Origin: an uncultured Candidatus Saccharibacteria bacterium
GTDB lineage: Bacteria; Patescibacteriota; Saccharimonadia; CAILAD01; BJGX01
Direction of reading: 5' to 3'
Assembly: GCA_964390265.1 (NCBI GenBank)
Contig: CAYMHI010000006.1
Span: forward strand, 6,327-57,616
DNA length: 51,290 bases
Positions within the stretch are counted from its first letter, which is position 1; each line of letters begins with the position of its first letter. The position numbers were made by a program, and so were the translations under genes. Under the pieces are notes generated by a model. It saw nothing but the letters and a program-made list of their open reading frames with translations, ran no database searches and was not told the DNA's origin. This document shows, in pieces, positions 29,024-37,949 of this stretch.

Positions 29024-29434
29024 CTATAGCCCAGGTTTCTTGGCTGCTTCTACTAGTAGCTTTTTAACAGTGTCTATATTCAGATCTTCAAACCGCTTAA
29101 ATCTTATACAACTTTTACCTACACTTACTTTACCAAGTTCGTCTTTGTACTTCTCGGCTAAATACCTACCATCTATCAAGGCACAAACATACAAACTAAC
29201 ATAGTTTTTTTGGCTGGCTAGAGCAACAACTGGCCACTTAATGTTTTCTTTTTTGTAATTTAAATAGTCAAACTCACCATAACCTAGCATGTTGTACAAA
29301 AAATTGGGCTTAAGGGCTGGCACGGTCTTTTGTATGAGGTTGTCTAGCGATAATATTATTTCTTTTCGCTCTGGGCTTAGAGCATCAATATACTCTTCTC
29401 TACTACTTACACCAACTGGTTTAAACATATTCAT
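29024..29434 (-). CDS. Small cytoplasmic protein, DUF1801/YdhG-like
   Basis: 136 aa. This is a weak family call. Confidence 0.4.
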   Translation of the reverse strand: MNMFKPVGVSSREEYIDALSPERKEIILSLDNLIQKTVPALKPNFLYNMLGYGEFDYLNYKKENIKWPVVALASQKNYVSLYVCALIDGRYLAEKYKDELGKVSVGKSCIRFKRFEDLNIDTVKKLLVEAAKKPGL

Positions 29435-29468
29435 GAGAATATTATATCAAATTTGTTTATTTTACCAA

Positions 29469-29495
29469 TTAGCACTCTTGACATGCGAGTGCCAA
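29469..29495 (+). promoter_or_regulatory. CIRCE-like HrcA operator (TTAGCACTC-N9-GAGTGCCAA)
   Basis: It matches the CIRCE consensus TTAGCACTC-N9-GAGTGCTAA with one mismatch. The 9-nt spacer contains the -35 TTGACA of the hsp20 promoter. Confidence 0.6.
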
Positions 29496-29507
29496 ATTTG
29501 CTAAAAT
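29478..29507 (+). promoter_or_regulatory. Sigma70 promoter of hsp20 (TTGACA-18-TAAAAT)
   Basis: Consensus -35 at 29478-29483 and a -10 at 29502-29507. GGAGG SD before the ATG at 29566. Confidence 0.5.
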
Positions 29508-29565
29508 TAAACTGTAAAGATCATTAAGACTTTGCAATAATTATTAATATATTGGAGGTGTAATT

Positions 29566-29991
29566 ATGGCAAATATTGTTAAATATGATCCTTTTGCTGA
29601 GCTCAATGCTTTGCAAAAACAGTTTTTTGGCGATGATTGGTTTACACCAGTAAAATCAATGAACATCCCCACCACCGATGTCTATACGGTAGACGACAAA
29701 GAAATGGTAGTAGAGGCACACTTGCCCAACTTTGATCAAAAAGATATAGATATTCACGTAGAAGACGGCGCGCTTATAGTGCAAGCCGAAAAGCGCGAGA
29801 CCGAAAAAGACAAGACCAAAAAATATGTTGTGAGAGAAAGCTCTAGTAGCTTCTATAGGCGCATTAACCTACCCCAAATGGCCGACGAAAAACACATTTC
29901 TGCTGAAATGAGCGGTGGTGTGCTAAAGGTAAGTATTCCTCTCAAGGCTTTACCTGCCCCCAAAAAAATCGCTATTAAATCTGGTAAATAA
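29566..29991 (+). CDS. Hsp20/alpha-crystallin family small heat-shock protein
   Basis: 141 aa with an alpha-crystallin domain (P.DVYTVDDKEMVVEAHLPNF...GVLKVSIP). Confidence 0.9.
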   Translation: MANIVKYDPFAELNALQKQFFGDDWFTPVKSMNIPTTDVYTVDDKEMVVEAHLPNFDQKDIDIHVEDGALIVQAEKRETEKDKTKKYVVRESSSSFYRRINLPQMADEKHISAEMSGGVLKVSIPLKALPAPKKIAIKSGK

Positions 29992-30022
29992 AAACCCCAA
30001 GTTGTGTTTGGGGTAGGGTTAA

Positions 30023-30640
30023 TTAGACTGCCTGGGCCACAGGCGGATTGTCAGTACTCGACTGCGTAGCCGAACGTGCTGCCTTAATGACATGGTTGGT
30101 AAGCAAATACCACAGCGTACCGTACAGGGCGGCATATACAACAGCCATACAGTTGCGCGCCACATCCCAGTAGTACTGCGATATATCAATATGTAACATC
30201 GACAAGCTGTTATCTGATGAGTAGAGCCGCATGCTCTCAAGGCTGTCATTAAGGCTTATTAGCCCTACAACTGCCGATGAGGCTGCGAGTACTACAAATA
30301 GTACTTGTAGTACTCTCTCTGCACGAATATATACCTTTATTTGCACATCGGTGTGATGTTGGAATCTGCTTAGGTACCTGCTGCTGGTGAGGCCTAGCCA
30401 AAACGCTACAAGCAACACCGTCGCTAATATCAATAAGAAGACGGACGCTGTGTTGAGCTGAGCAATATCGGTGTAGTTGTGTGACAGGCCTAGGCTGAAA
30501 CTGTCGCCGTAAGCATTGCCTAACTGCCGAAAGTCGCTCGCGGCAATATTTGCGTAACGAATATATTGCACCAGCGTTACTACTCGCAGCACAGTTATTA
30601 CCAAAAAGGCAATTACCAGCTTTATGTATGGGCGCTTCAT
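30023..30640 (-). CDS. Integral membrane protein of unknown function
   Basis: 205 aa with four or five TM helices. The 3' end is GC-enriched. Confidence 0.5.
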   Translation of the reverse strand: MKRPYIKLVIAFLVITVLRVVTLVQYIRYANIAASDFRQLGNAYGDSFSLGLSHNYTDIAQLNTASVFLLILATVLLVAFWLGLTSSRYLSRFQHHTDVQIKVYIRAERVLQVLFVVLAASSAVVGLISLNDSLESMRLYSSDNSLSMLHIDISQYYWDVARNCMAVVYAALYGTLWYLLTNHVIKAARSATQSSTDNPPVAQAV

Positions 30641-30790
30641 TTTGGCTCTCCTGGGTAGATGGAAGGTACGGAATGTTGTGCCTATACTATAGCACTTTTT
30701 GGTTAATTATTCAATAATTACGTGTTGGTTATAAGTGAGTCTGTTTAAAGCATAACCAAAAAAACCTGGCACATATTTGATTGTCAGAGG

Positions 30791-31297
30791 CTAAAACGTA
30801 TTAAGTTTTTTACCACGCAAGATTGCAAAGCCTTTTTGCATTGCCACAAACTCAATATCGTCTAAGCCTTTCGTAGGCGTAGCAGCTTGTTCAAGCTCGT
30901 TTTCTGCAAACCAACCATAGTCGCTATGGTCTTCTAGATTAATGCTTATATCTTTTTCGTCACTTACAAACTTGGCGAAGTATATAACTTCAATAGTGTG
31001 CGAGCCTTTTATTTCATTGCTATAACTAAAGACAAAAAACGGGTCGCCCAGCTCTACAGTAGCACCAAACTCTTCTTTTATCTCACGTTTTAGGCCTACA
31101 TCTATTTCTTCACCAAAATCAATATGCCCACCAGGCAACTCGTACACACTAGGTAAAAACTTCTTGGTATCAGCACGTTTAGCTAAAAACACTTTTTCTA
31201 CACCATCATCTTTTTTATGTATAAAGGCACAGGCAGAAAATACCTGCTGCCCCTCGGCTTTTGTCTCGCTATCGTGCTGTACTTTTTGTTTTATCAT
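30791..31297 (-). CDS. NUDIX hydrolase
   Basis: Nudix box GGHIDFGEEIDVGLKREIKEEFG (G.x5.E.x7.REUxEExGU). Confidence 0.85.
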   Translation of the reverse strand: MIKQKVQHDSETKAEGQQVFSACAFIHKKDDGVEKVFLAKRADTKKFLPSVYELPGGHIDFGEEIDVGLKREIKEEFGATVELGDPFFVFSYSNEIKGSHTIEVIYFAKFVSDEKDISINLEDHSDYGWFAENELEQAATPTKGLDDIEFVAMQKGFAILRGKKLNTF

Positions 31298-31321
31298 GAT
31301 TTACTCATATTTTACAACATT

Positions 31322-31603
31322 CTATCGATTTTTGATGCCATCAAGGCGTAAAGTATCAGACTCATCACTATGACTACCGGCAGTGCCGACGTGCTTACTG
31401 CCTATCTTGGCACCATTTTTTATAACATGCACCAGCGCCATGGCGTGGCCGCGGCCAAGATCAAAATCACTTTTGAGCCAAGCTATTATGTCGCTAGATT
31501 TGGTGTTGGCATCAAACCCTTTAGATTTTGCCATAGCTAAAAACTCATTGGGCGTTTTGCCAGTCTTTTTCTCTATATTATCTAAGTAGGCTTGAAACGA
31601 CAT
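31322..31603 (-). CDS. DUF4287-like small protein
   Basis: MSFQAYLDNIEKKTGKTPNEFLAMAK matches the DUF4287 N-terminus as I recall it. Confidence 0.55.
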   Translation of the reverse strand: MSFQAYLDNIEKKTGKTPNEFLAMAKSKGFDANTKSSDIIAWLKSDFDLGRGHAMALVHVIKNGAKIGSKHVGTAGSHSDESDTLRLDGIKNR

Positions 31604-31627
31604 ACACCAATTATATCAAAAAACACT

Positions 31628-32764
31628 CTAAAACTTATTCTTATCTAGCTCTTCAAACTTGGCCTTCATAGTAGGATTACCACGGGTCAGGCGCTTGATA
31701 GTCAGATCTTCGGCTTTTTGATTGGCAAGTCTCAAGTTGTCTTCAGAACGCAGCAGATTCTCTTTGGTCTTTTGTAGTTGTGCGATAGTCTTGTCTATAC
31801 CCTCTATGGCCGATTGAAACTTACGACTTGCTAGATCGTAATTGCGCGCAAACCCTTCTTTGAATGCATTGATATTATCTTCAAAATCAGTGATGTCGAT
31901 ATTTTGAGCTCTGACCAATGCTAGCTCAGACTTGTATTGCATAGAGTTGAGTGCGGCGTCGCGTAGCAGGGTAATAATCTGTATGAAAAACTGCGGACGT
32001 ATCACATACATCTTGGGGTGCTTGTGTGAGACATTGACTATGCCGGTATTGTACAGCTCACTATCTGCCTCGAGCAATGTGACTAGCACTGCAAATTCGC
32101 ATTTCTTCTCATTGCGGTCTTTGTCGAGCTCTTTCAAGAAATCCTCATTGCGCTTCTTGGTAGCAGTCTCATCACCTTCGTTTTTCATCTCAAACATTAT
32201 AGAGATGATCTCGTTGCCGGCCTCGTCGGTCTCACGATATATGTAGTCGCCCTTGCTCCCACTACTAGCATCGTTGTCTTTTTCGAAGTAGGCGTTTTTA
32301 AATGCGGTTGCTCGCAACTTGTTGAATTCCGTCTCGCAATGTTGCTCGAGAGTCTCACCCACCATCTTGGTACTGAGCTTAGACTTCATATCTTTGTAGA
32401 GCTCTACTGTGCTCTCGGCTATTTTTAGATCACCCTCGAGTCCATTTATCTTGTTTTCGTAGCGTTCTCGGAGCTCTTCGACAGCTTCGGTGACAGCCAG
32501 TTTCTTCTCAGTATCTATCGAGTCTAGCTTGGATTGTAGCTTGACTATCTCGGCATCTTTTTGGGCTGTCTCGGCTTGCAGAGCACTTTTAGTCTTGGCC
32601 TCGGCCAGCGCTACGGCGCTCTCTTTGTCTTTTTCAAATAGCTCGAGCCGCTCGTGCAGTTCTTTCTCAAACTCACCATCGCGCACTTGTTTGAGTATAT
32701 TGGTAAAATCCGCCTCGTCGAGCTTAAAAGTTTTTTTACAATGTGGACATACAATTTCGTTCAT
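31628..32764 (-). CDS. DUF2130 protein (N-terminal CxxC zinc ribbon plus long coiled coil)
   Basis: [40 protein letters not shown] matches the DUF2130 N-terminus. 378 aa. Confidence 0.6.
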   Translation of the reverse strand: MNEIVCPHCKKTFKLDEADFTNILKQVRDGEFEKELHERLELFEKDKESAVALAEAKTKSALQAETAQKDAEIVKLQSKLDSIDTEKKLAVTEAVEELRERYENKINGLEGDLKIAESTVELYKDMKSKLSTKMVGETLEQHCETEFNKLRATAFKNAYFEKDNDASSGSKGDYIYRETDEAGNEIISIMFEMKNEGDETATKKRNEDFLKELDKDRNEKKCEFAVLVTLLEADSELYNTGIVNVSHKHPKMYVIRPQFFIQIITLLRDAALNSMQYKSELALVRAQNIDITDFEDNINAFKEGFARNYDLASRKFQSAIEGIDKTIAQLQKTKENLLRSEDNLRLANQKAEDLTIKRLTRGNPTMKAKFEELDKNKF

Positions 32765-32888
32765 GTACCATTACTCCATCTTCTTATATAAAATTCTTAT
32801 CACCATTTTACCAAATATAGTACGAACACTCAATCATTAATAATGTTAATTACAAACCTCTTTTGTATATCGATTTCTATGCAGAGTA

Positions 32889-33761
32889 TTAGTTCTTAAT
32901 CTCTAGCGAATATTTAAGCAAAGTAAGAGAAGAATATGCTACCATTTGTACATAATTTAATGCAAATTCTTTGTTGATATCTTCATCTTTTGTAAGGGAA
33001 TTTTGGTAGTCAAATAGATAGTTCACCAAATCAAAAAAGAAAGCGATTGTGTTGATAACTGGCGACATACTATTTTCATCAAATCTAAGATGTAGAAACT
33101 CATTCTTTCTGAAAGAATCTGATCTCATTAATTTAGCTCCAATATCAAAATTATAAATAATACTTTTATATTTTTGTTTATTCATACAGTCACTCCTTAT
33201 ACTCCACCCAATAAGCTGTATAATATTAGTATTGTTACTAATAATTTTCATAATCTTTAGTCTAGGTTCCACAGTATGTACTAAATCATGTCTGTAAATC
33301 TGTATTAAGTATTTACTATACTTTCTATATCTTGCCTTCATATCTTTAGGTCCAAAAGACATTAACAGTTTACTAATATTACCTGTACCTTTACCATAGG
33401 AACTATTTTTATCGGGGCCATATCTTAACATAGATACTAAATCTATATAACAAAAAATATTTCTTAATACTGTAAATGGTGCTCCACCAGCTGTTACTTC
33501 GGGTGAATTTAATAGAGGGTAAACATCGTCACGTAATTGATCAATAAGAACACCTATGTATTCACTGGGGGTTATTAACCCGCAATTATATTTCAAATAT
33601 GGCTCAATTCTACTAGCCTCTTCAATGGCCGTAATATCATTAATAAATTCGTATACCCTAGCCCGATCGCCATCAGCCAATCTAACTAAATTTTTGTCCT
33701 TTAAAATTTTATCTAGTACTTCATTTCTGAACGCTTGTGTATTGTCTTCCCAGCCGCTCAT
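32889..33761 (-). CDS. Hypothetical protein within the defense-like island; possible HEPN/Abi-like (Rx4H motif)
   Basis: 290 aa and very AT-rich. It contains QIYRHDLVH (R-x4-H), but I recognise no other homology. Confidence 0.45.
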   Translation of the reverse strand: MSGWEDNTQAFRNEVLDKILKDKNLVRLADGDRARVYEFINDITAIEEASRIEPYLKYNCGLITPSEYIGVLIDQLRDDVYPLLNSPEVTAGGAPFTVLRNIFCYIDLVSMLRYGPDKNSSYGKGTGNISKLLMSFGPKDMKARYRKYSKYLIQIYRHDLVHTVEPRLKIMKIISNNTNIIQLIGWSIRSDCMNKQKYKSIIYNFDIGAKLMRSDSFRKNEFLHLRFDENSMSPVINTIAFFFDLVNYLFDYQNSLTKDEDINKEFALNYVQMVAYSSLTLLKYSLEIKN

Positions 33762-33800
33762 ATTATGTTATGAGTATATTTTTCAATTTCAACCAACATG

Positions 33801-34964
33801 CTAGCGATTACCCTTTGCACGGTTATGGGATATGCATAGCATTTCGCAGTTGCTAATGTCGGTTTTACCACCATTACTCCAGGCTGTTACGTGATCCGCA
33901 TCCATTTCAGATAACTTATATATACGGTCTTTGTTATTATTATTCCCAGAAGCACAAACGGGGCAATTTGATACTCCTTTTGCTTCAGCCTTTGCTGTTT
34001 GTTGTGCATAAGCCGTCTTAATCGTAGATGGTTCAAATATGCGTATTTTTAGCAATGAAGGGTCCTTCATGCCACCAAGAATGTACTCAAAAACACCTTT
34101 CTTCCTGCGTACTTCGTAATTCGTAAAAAGCTCTCTAACTTTGGATGCAACCTCTTGTGGATCATAAGAATTAGAACCGTAATCTTTGTACAAGCGATTC
34201 CATTCAAGCCCACGCATTTCGCTATGAACATCTGTGAAAATATTTGAAGCCCAATCTATGACCTTGTCGAAATGACTTTTAAGTTCTTCTATGTTGCCAT
34301 CATTACGATGCTTACTCATGTAGGCATCTATTCGCCCATTGCTTACCCAATCCAGCGCTGTCTCAAGGAAGTCTTGCCGCTTTACATCGCCGGCAACGTA
34401 GGCACTCCATTTTTGAACATTAGCATCTTGACTGTTACTAAAAACTTCCTTTGCCTTTGTCACGAATGGCCCATGATAGACTGCATTTCGAATTTCTTGT
34501 ATTTTTAAAGGTACACCAGCAATGTTAATGGTCTCAAACCATTTCATCATTTCTTGCTCTTCACCCTCGCAGATATAAATGAGTAACTCTTTATCTAATA
34601 TCAATTTACGCTGTGCTTCAGACATTCCACTGTAGTATTGTTCGTGATCATTAGCGTCTTTAACTGCAAACTTGCCTTTAACAAATCGGCCAATACTAGT
34701 AATTCGTTGTTGGCCATCTAACACCTCGTACTTATTGCCACCAATTTTATTAAAATAGATAATACCAATTGGATAGCCCTTTAATATGCTATTTATTACA
34801 GCAACGTCCTTTATGCCGTCGGCATAAATATAATTTCTCTGATACTCGGGCTGAATTGTGAGCTTTCCCGTAAGTCCAAACAAACCTTTTCCTTCAAACT
34901 CATTGTATTCAAATCCATCTACTATCTCTCTTATGGTAATGTTAGTATTTAGTGTTGTAATCAT
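33801..34964 (-). CDS. DUF262 (ParB-like nuclease/NTPase, DGQQR motif) fused to a C-terminal HNH endonuclease
   Basis: The N-terminal domain carries the ILDGQQRITSIGRF hallmark of DUF262/GmrS-like domains. The C-terminus is an HNH (His-Me finger): CPVC..(n)..DADHVTAWSNGGKTDISNCEMLCISHNRAKGN. ATGA overlap with the upstream MTase. Confidence 0.8.
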   Translation of the reverse strand: MITTLNTNITIREIVDGFEYNEFEGKGLFGLTGKLTIQPEYQRNYIYADGIKDVAVINSILKGYPIGIIYFNKIGGNKYEVLDGQQRITSIGRFVKGKFAVKDANDHEQYYSGMSEAQRKLILDKELLIYICEGEEQEMMKWFETINIAGVPLKIQEIRNAVYHGPFVTKAKEVFSNSQDANVQKWSAYVAGDVKRQDFLETALDWVSNGRIDAYMSKHRNDGNIEELKSHFDKVIDWASNIFTDVHSEMRGLEWNRLYKDYGSNSYDPQEVASKVRELFTNYEVRRKKGVFEYILGGMKDPSLLKIRIFEPSTIKTAYAQQTAKAEAKGVSNCPVCASGNNNNKDRIYKLSEMDADHVTAWSNGGKTDISNCEMLCISHNRAKGNR

Positions 34965-36136
34965 TTTAGTGCCTTTCTATGTTTAATAAGTATTCGCGAG
35001 TATACTTTTTTCTTATTTACAACACCAACGCCTTGACCTGCACCCTCCGCCCCAGAGACATTAGGAATAAAACCAGTGATTTTTAATAATTCTTTCGGCA
35101 TATTTGCATAAGAGTTCCCGCTAGCTTGCCAGATTATTTCGAATTGATCAGGGTTATATTTATCTAAAAAACTAATAGGTACACCCATGATGCCGTCGAA
35201 GTCTGATGGGATTGCATCTGTATATGGCACCTCGATTGCATTGTAATTGTCGTATCTTCTATATGCTGAATCGCTTTTAGTAATCTTTTTATTAAATTTT
35301 TTATTATCTGCCATAGTCATGATTGCTAAAGGTTGATGCCGTCTGCCGTGGTCAAGGTTTGTAAACCAGCAAGAATTACCCAGCCTCGTAAAGTCACCTT
35401 TGTATCCTAGTTTTTCAGCTTTCTTCTTATAAGCAGGGGGCACATCAGAGCCTTTAGGAACAGCAAATACCATATCGCTAGTATAGCCCGTAGCCCCTTG
35501 CCACATCTTATTTTCTCTAATTAACGGAAAAATTTCTTTATATATTACTGCACCAATATTACCTATAATCAAGAACTTTTTATCATACTTAACTAGCTGC
35601 GCTACATATTCACGGAAAAGGCTGAAGGGCGGGTTGGTAACAATAACGTCAGATTTATTGAGTAGTGCAACGCACTCATCGCTGCGAAAATCGCCATCCC
35701 CCTCGAGTGGAGCCCACTCATTATTCTTATTTGCCTTGAGCTGTTCAGCAATGTCTGAAATATTGAAAGCTCCATCACCATCCATGTCATGTACATCGTT
35801 TATAATAAATAAATTTGCATTAACTTTTGGCCTACCCTTTTCAGGCTGAATAGTTTTATCGTCACCAAATAATGCAAGTTGTGTATTAGCTATCGGCGAA
35901 GGTTTGTAGCTTGTAGTAATGAGTTGCTTGAGGCCTAGACGGTTAAAATTAAGTGCAAAATAGCGGAAAAAGTTACTTTCAAAAGGGTCATCGCAATTAC
36001 AATAGACAACTTTTCGACGGAAAGAATTTGGATCATATTCGAGATATGCTTCTATTTCTTTTTGAATGTCAGCAAATTGAGTGTAGAACTCATCATTCTT
36101 TGCACTTTTAGCTGCACTTAAATTAGTATTTGCCAT
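34961..36136 (-). CDS. N6-adenine DNA methyltransferase, M.EcoRI-like family
   Basis: NDEFYTQ...VVYCNCDDPFESNFFRYFALNF...DVIVTNPPFSLFREY (motif IV NPPF)...GIMGVPISFL. The domain order and motifs resemble M.EcoRI-family enzymes as I recall them. Confidence 0.8.
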   Translation of the reverse strand: MANTNLSAAKSAKNDEFYTQFADIQKEIEAYLEYDPNSFRRKVVYCNCDDPFESNFFRYFALNFNRLGLKQLITTSYKPSPIANTQLALFGDDKTIQPEKGRPKVNANLFIINDVHDMDGDGAFNISDIAEQLKANKNNEWAPLEGDGDFRSDECVALLNKSDVIVTNPPFSLFREYVAQLVKYDKKFLIIGNIGAVIYKEIFPLIRENKMWQGATGYTSDMVFAVPKGSDVPPAYKKKAEKLGYKGDFTRLGNSCWFTNLDHGRRHQPLAIMTMADNKKFNKKITKSDSAYRRYDNYNAIEVPYTDAIPSDFDGIMGVPISFLDKYNPDQFEIIWQASGNSYANMPKELLKITGFIPNVSGAEGAGQGVGVVNKKKVYSRILIKHRKALK

Positions 36137-36199
36137 TAATCTCCAAGGTTTAATTAACTCTAATTATACTACTTTTTCAGATAAGCAGACAGGTTATTC

Positions 36200-36547
36200 T
36201 TATAGCTCCGTGTATTTTTTATGATTGCCTTTGGCCTTGGCTACAGGATACTTTTGGGCGTTCTTGGCCAGCTTGGCCATAAAAGCCTCTGATATATCTA
36301 TATCTAAGTCATTACACATAAGTAGAATCCAATACAACACATCGGCCAGCTCCTCGCTTACATCAACTTTATTATCTACTACATGATCTCTCATCTCCTC
36401 GGCGCTCTTCCACTGAAAATGCTCTAGTACTTCGGCCGCCTCTAGTGCAAGCGAAATCGCTGAGTCTTTGGGGTTGTGAAACTGCGCCCAGTCGCGCTCG
36501 TCACGAAACTTCACTACTTCTTTTTGTAAATCATTTATCTCTGCCAT
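36200..36547 (-). CDS. MazG-like nucleotide pyrophosphohydrolase (small all-alpha NTP-PPase)
   Basis: 115 aa. The EEAEVLEHF...EELADVLYWILLMCNDLDIDI motifs are characteristic of MazG/YpjD-type proteins. Confidence 0.85.
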   Translation of the reverse strand: MAEINDLQKEVVKFRDERDWAQFHNPKDSAISLALEAAEVLEHFQWKSAEEMRDHVVDNKVDVSEELADVLYWILLMCNDLDIDISEAFMAKLAKNAQKYPVAKAKGNHKKYTEL

Positions 36548-36577
36548 AGTACTGTTAATTCTACTCTTATTGTAATA

Positions 36578-36979
36578 CTAGCGCCAATTGAGATAGGTAA
36601 TACTCAGCTGCAAAGCGGTGGCAAATAAGCCCCAGAGCAGATATGGCACATTGACTATCGATACCCAACGCAGGTGTGGCCAGACAGCAATAAGTGCCCA
36701 AACAAGAGTTGCCACTACTAAGAGAATATCTATACTGGCCAGCAAGTTGTTGCGCAAGCCAAACTGCAACGGTGTAAAGGCGAAGTTGAAAGTGAGATTG
36801 AGCGCAAACGGTAGCGCTACTAGCCACGGCAATTGCTTGGTGGCAGCCATATAAAAAACTACGCCAAAAGATATAAGAATAATAATAATATAGAGTAACG
36901 TCCAAACCTGGCCAAAAAGCCATACGGGCGGAGCCCACGATGGCTTAATGAGCGATTGGTACCAATTGTAAGTTTGCAT
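36578..36979 (-). CDS. tspO: TspO/MBR (tryptophan-rich sensory protein) family membrane protein
   Basis: WYQSLIKPSWAPPVWLFGQVWTLLYIII matches the TspO signature Y..L.KP.W.PP...F..VW..LY. The likely start is the internal ATG (MQTYNWYQ). Confidence 0.8.
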   Translation of the reverse strand: MQTYNWYQSLIKPSWAPPVWLFGQVWTLLYIIIILISFGVVFYMAATKQLPWLVALPFALNLTFNFAFTPLQFGLRNNLLASIDILLVVATLVWALIAVWPHLRWVSIVNVPYLLWGLFATALQLSITYLNWR

Positions 36980-37239
36980 TGTAGCTCTATTGTAACGCCT
37001 GGGGCGTACCATAACAATAATTAGAGATCCTGAAGCAAGTTCAGGATGACGGGTGCGTGCGCCTATAGACATAAGCAATACGATTATGTTATATTGGCTA
37101 TATCACCATAACCAGGGATGCCTAAGGTTTCGACCGGCCGCTAGTCCTGGTCTTTTTGTATTTTACTGACTTTCTTAATCGATCAATCTAAACAATATAT
37201 TGATTAATTAGCTTGAGTAAGTTTGAGAATGAGATAGTT

Positions 37240-37404
37240 TTAATTAAACAGCGCACTAATAGAATCGGTGATACCCCCGGTAGACTCAGTAATATTCGTA
37301 GCGGTGTCGGCAACGCCGCCAGTAAGCTCCTCGGCTGGGTTGAGACCCTCGGCTACTGCGCCCAAGTCCCCAATGTTTTCGGTGATGTTATTGAGAATTT
37401 CCAT
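37240..37404 (-). CDS. Candidate 54-aa Gly/Thr/Ala-rich small protein in a GC-rich patch
   Basis: ATG at 37404, translating MEILNNITENIGDLGAVAEGLNPAEELTGGVADTATNITESTGGITDSISALFN. It is too short for the ORF track and conflicts with the listed plus-strand ORF 37213..37434, which has a TTG start. Confidence 0.3.
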   Translation of the reverse strand: MEILNNITENIGDLGAVAEGLNPAEELTGGVADTATNITESTGGITDSISALFN

Positions 37405-37684
37405 AATTTACTTTGCTCCCTTCAATTGCTTTAGATTTGTTGGTATCTTCTTTGCTGCCACGGTTGGTAATTTTGTGCTTGGCCTTGTGATAGTGATGTT
37501 TGGTTTTCTCCAGTAAGTTTTTGGCCCAAACAAACTCGGTAGCCAACAGCCCTAGCCCAGCGATAATAATGATAAACCCGGGGCCCGGCAGTACCAGCAT
37601 AACTAGGCCTATTAATAATACGGTAGAGCCTATTACGCCTACTATCACTCGCTTGGCGTGGCGCAGTGATTTATTGTCTTTCAT
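37388..37684 (-). CDS. PGPGW-domain small transmembrane protein
   Basis: LLIGLVMLVLPGPGFIIIIAGLGLLATEF matches the PGPGW family, with a basic C-terminal tail. Confidence 0.6.
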   Translation of the reverse strand: MKDNKSLRHAKRVIVGVIGSTVLLIGLVMLVLPGPGFIIIIAGLGLLATEFVWAKNLLEKTKHHYHKAKHKITNRGSKEDTNKSKAIEGSKVNYGNSQ

Positions 37685-37949
37685 TACTAAACCTTAGATA
37701 AGTCTTGGGTGTATTTGCCGACTCTTTGCGCTTGTCATTAAAGCGCTTGGCGGCATTAATAGGGTTTTTGACTGTAGTGCGCAAGACGGTCTTTACAGGC
37801 TTGGGTAAGTGCTGTCTACCGTATGCCGACATTGCCTCGGCTCTAATAGCCCACTTACTAGCCATGTAGTCCCAAATATCGTCTTGGGTTTCTCGGTGTT
37901 TGAGCCAGTTATTTACTTTTTTGATGCGTGATGATCTTGATGTATTCAT
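37671..37949 (-). CDS. Small basic hypothetical protein
   Basis: 92 aa, overlapping the PGPGW gene start by 14 nt. Confidence 0.4.
   Translation of the reverse strand: MNTSRSSRIKKVNNWLKHRETQDDIWDYMASKWAIRAEAMSAYGRQHLPKPVKTVLRTTVKNPINAAKRFNDKRKESANTPKTYLRFSNERQ

Noticed and set aside
36567-36938. 123-aa minus-strand ORF overlapping tspO in another frame
   Set aside because: The TspO frame carries the family signature. The alternative frame has no features.
37213-37434. Listed 73-aa plus-strand ORF
   Set aside because: Not firmly rejected. It starts with TTG and has no SD, and it overlaps both the PGPGW gene end and an ATG-initiated 54-aa minus-strand ORF in a GC-rich patch. It is reported as uncertain rather than as a feature.
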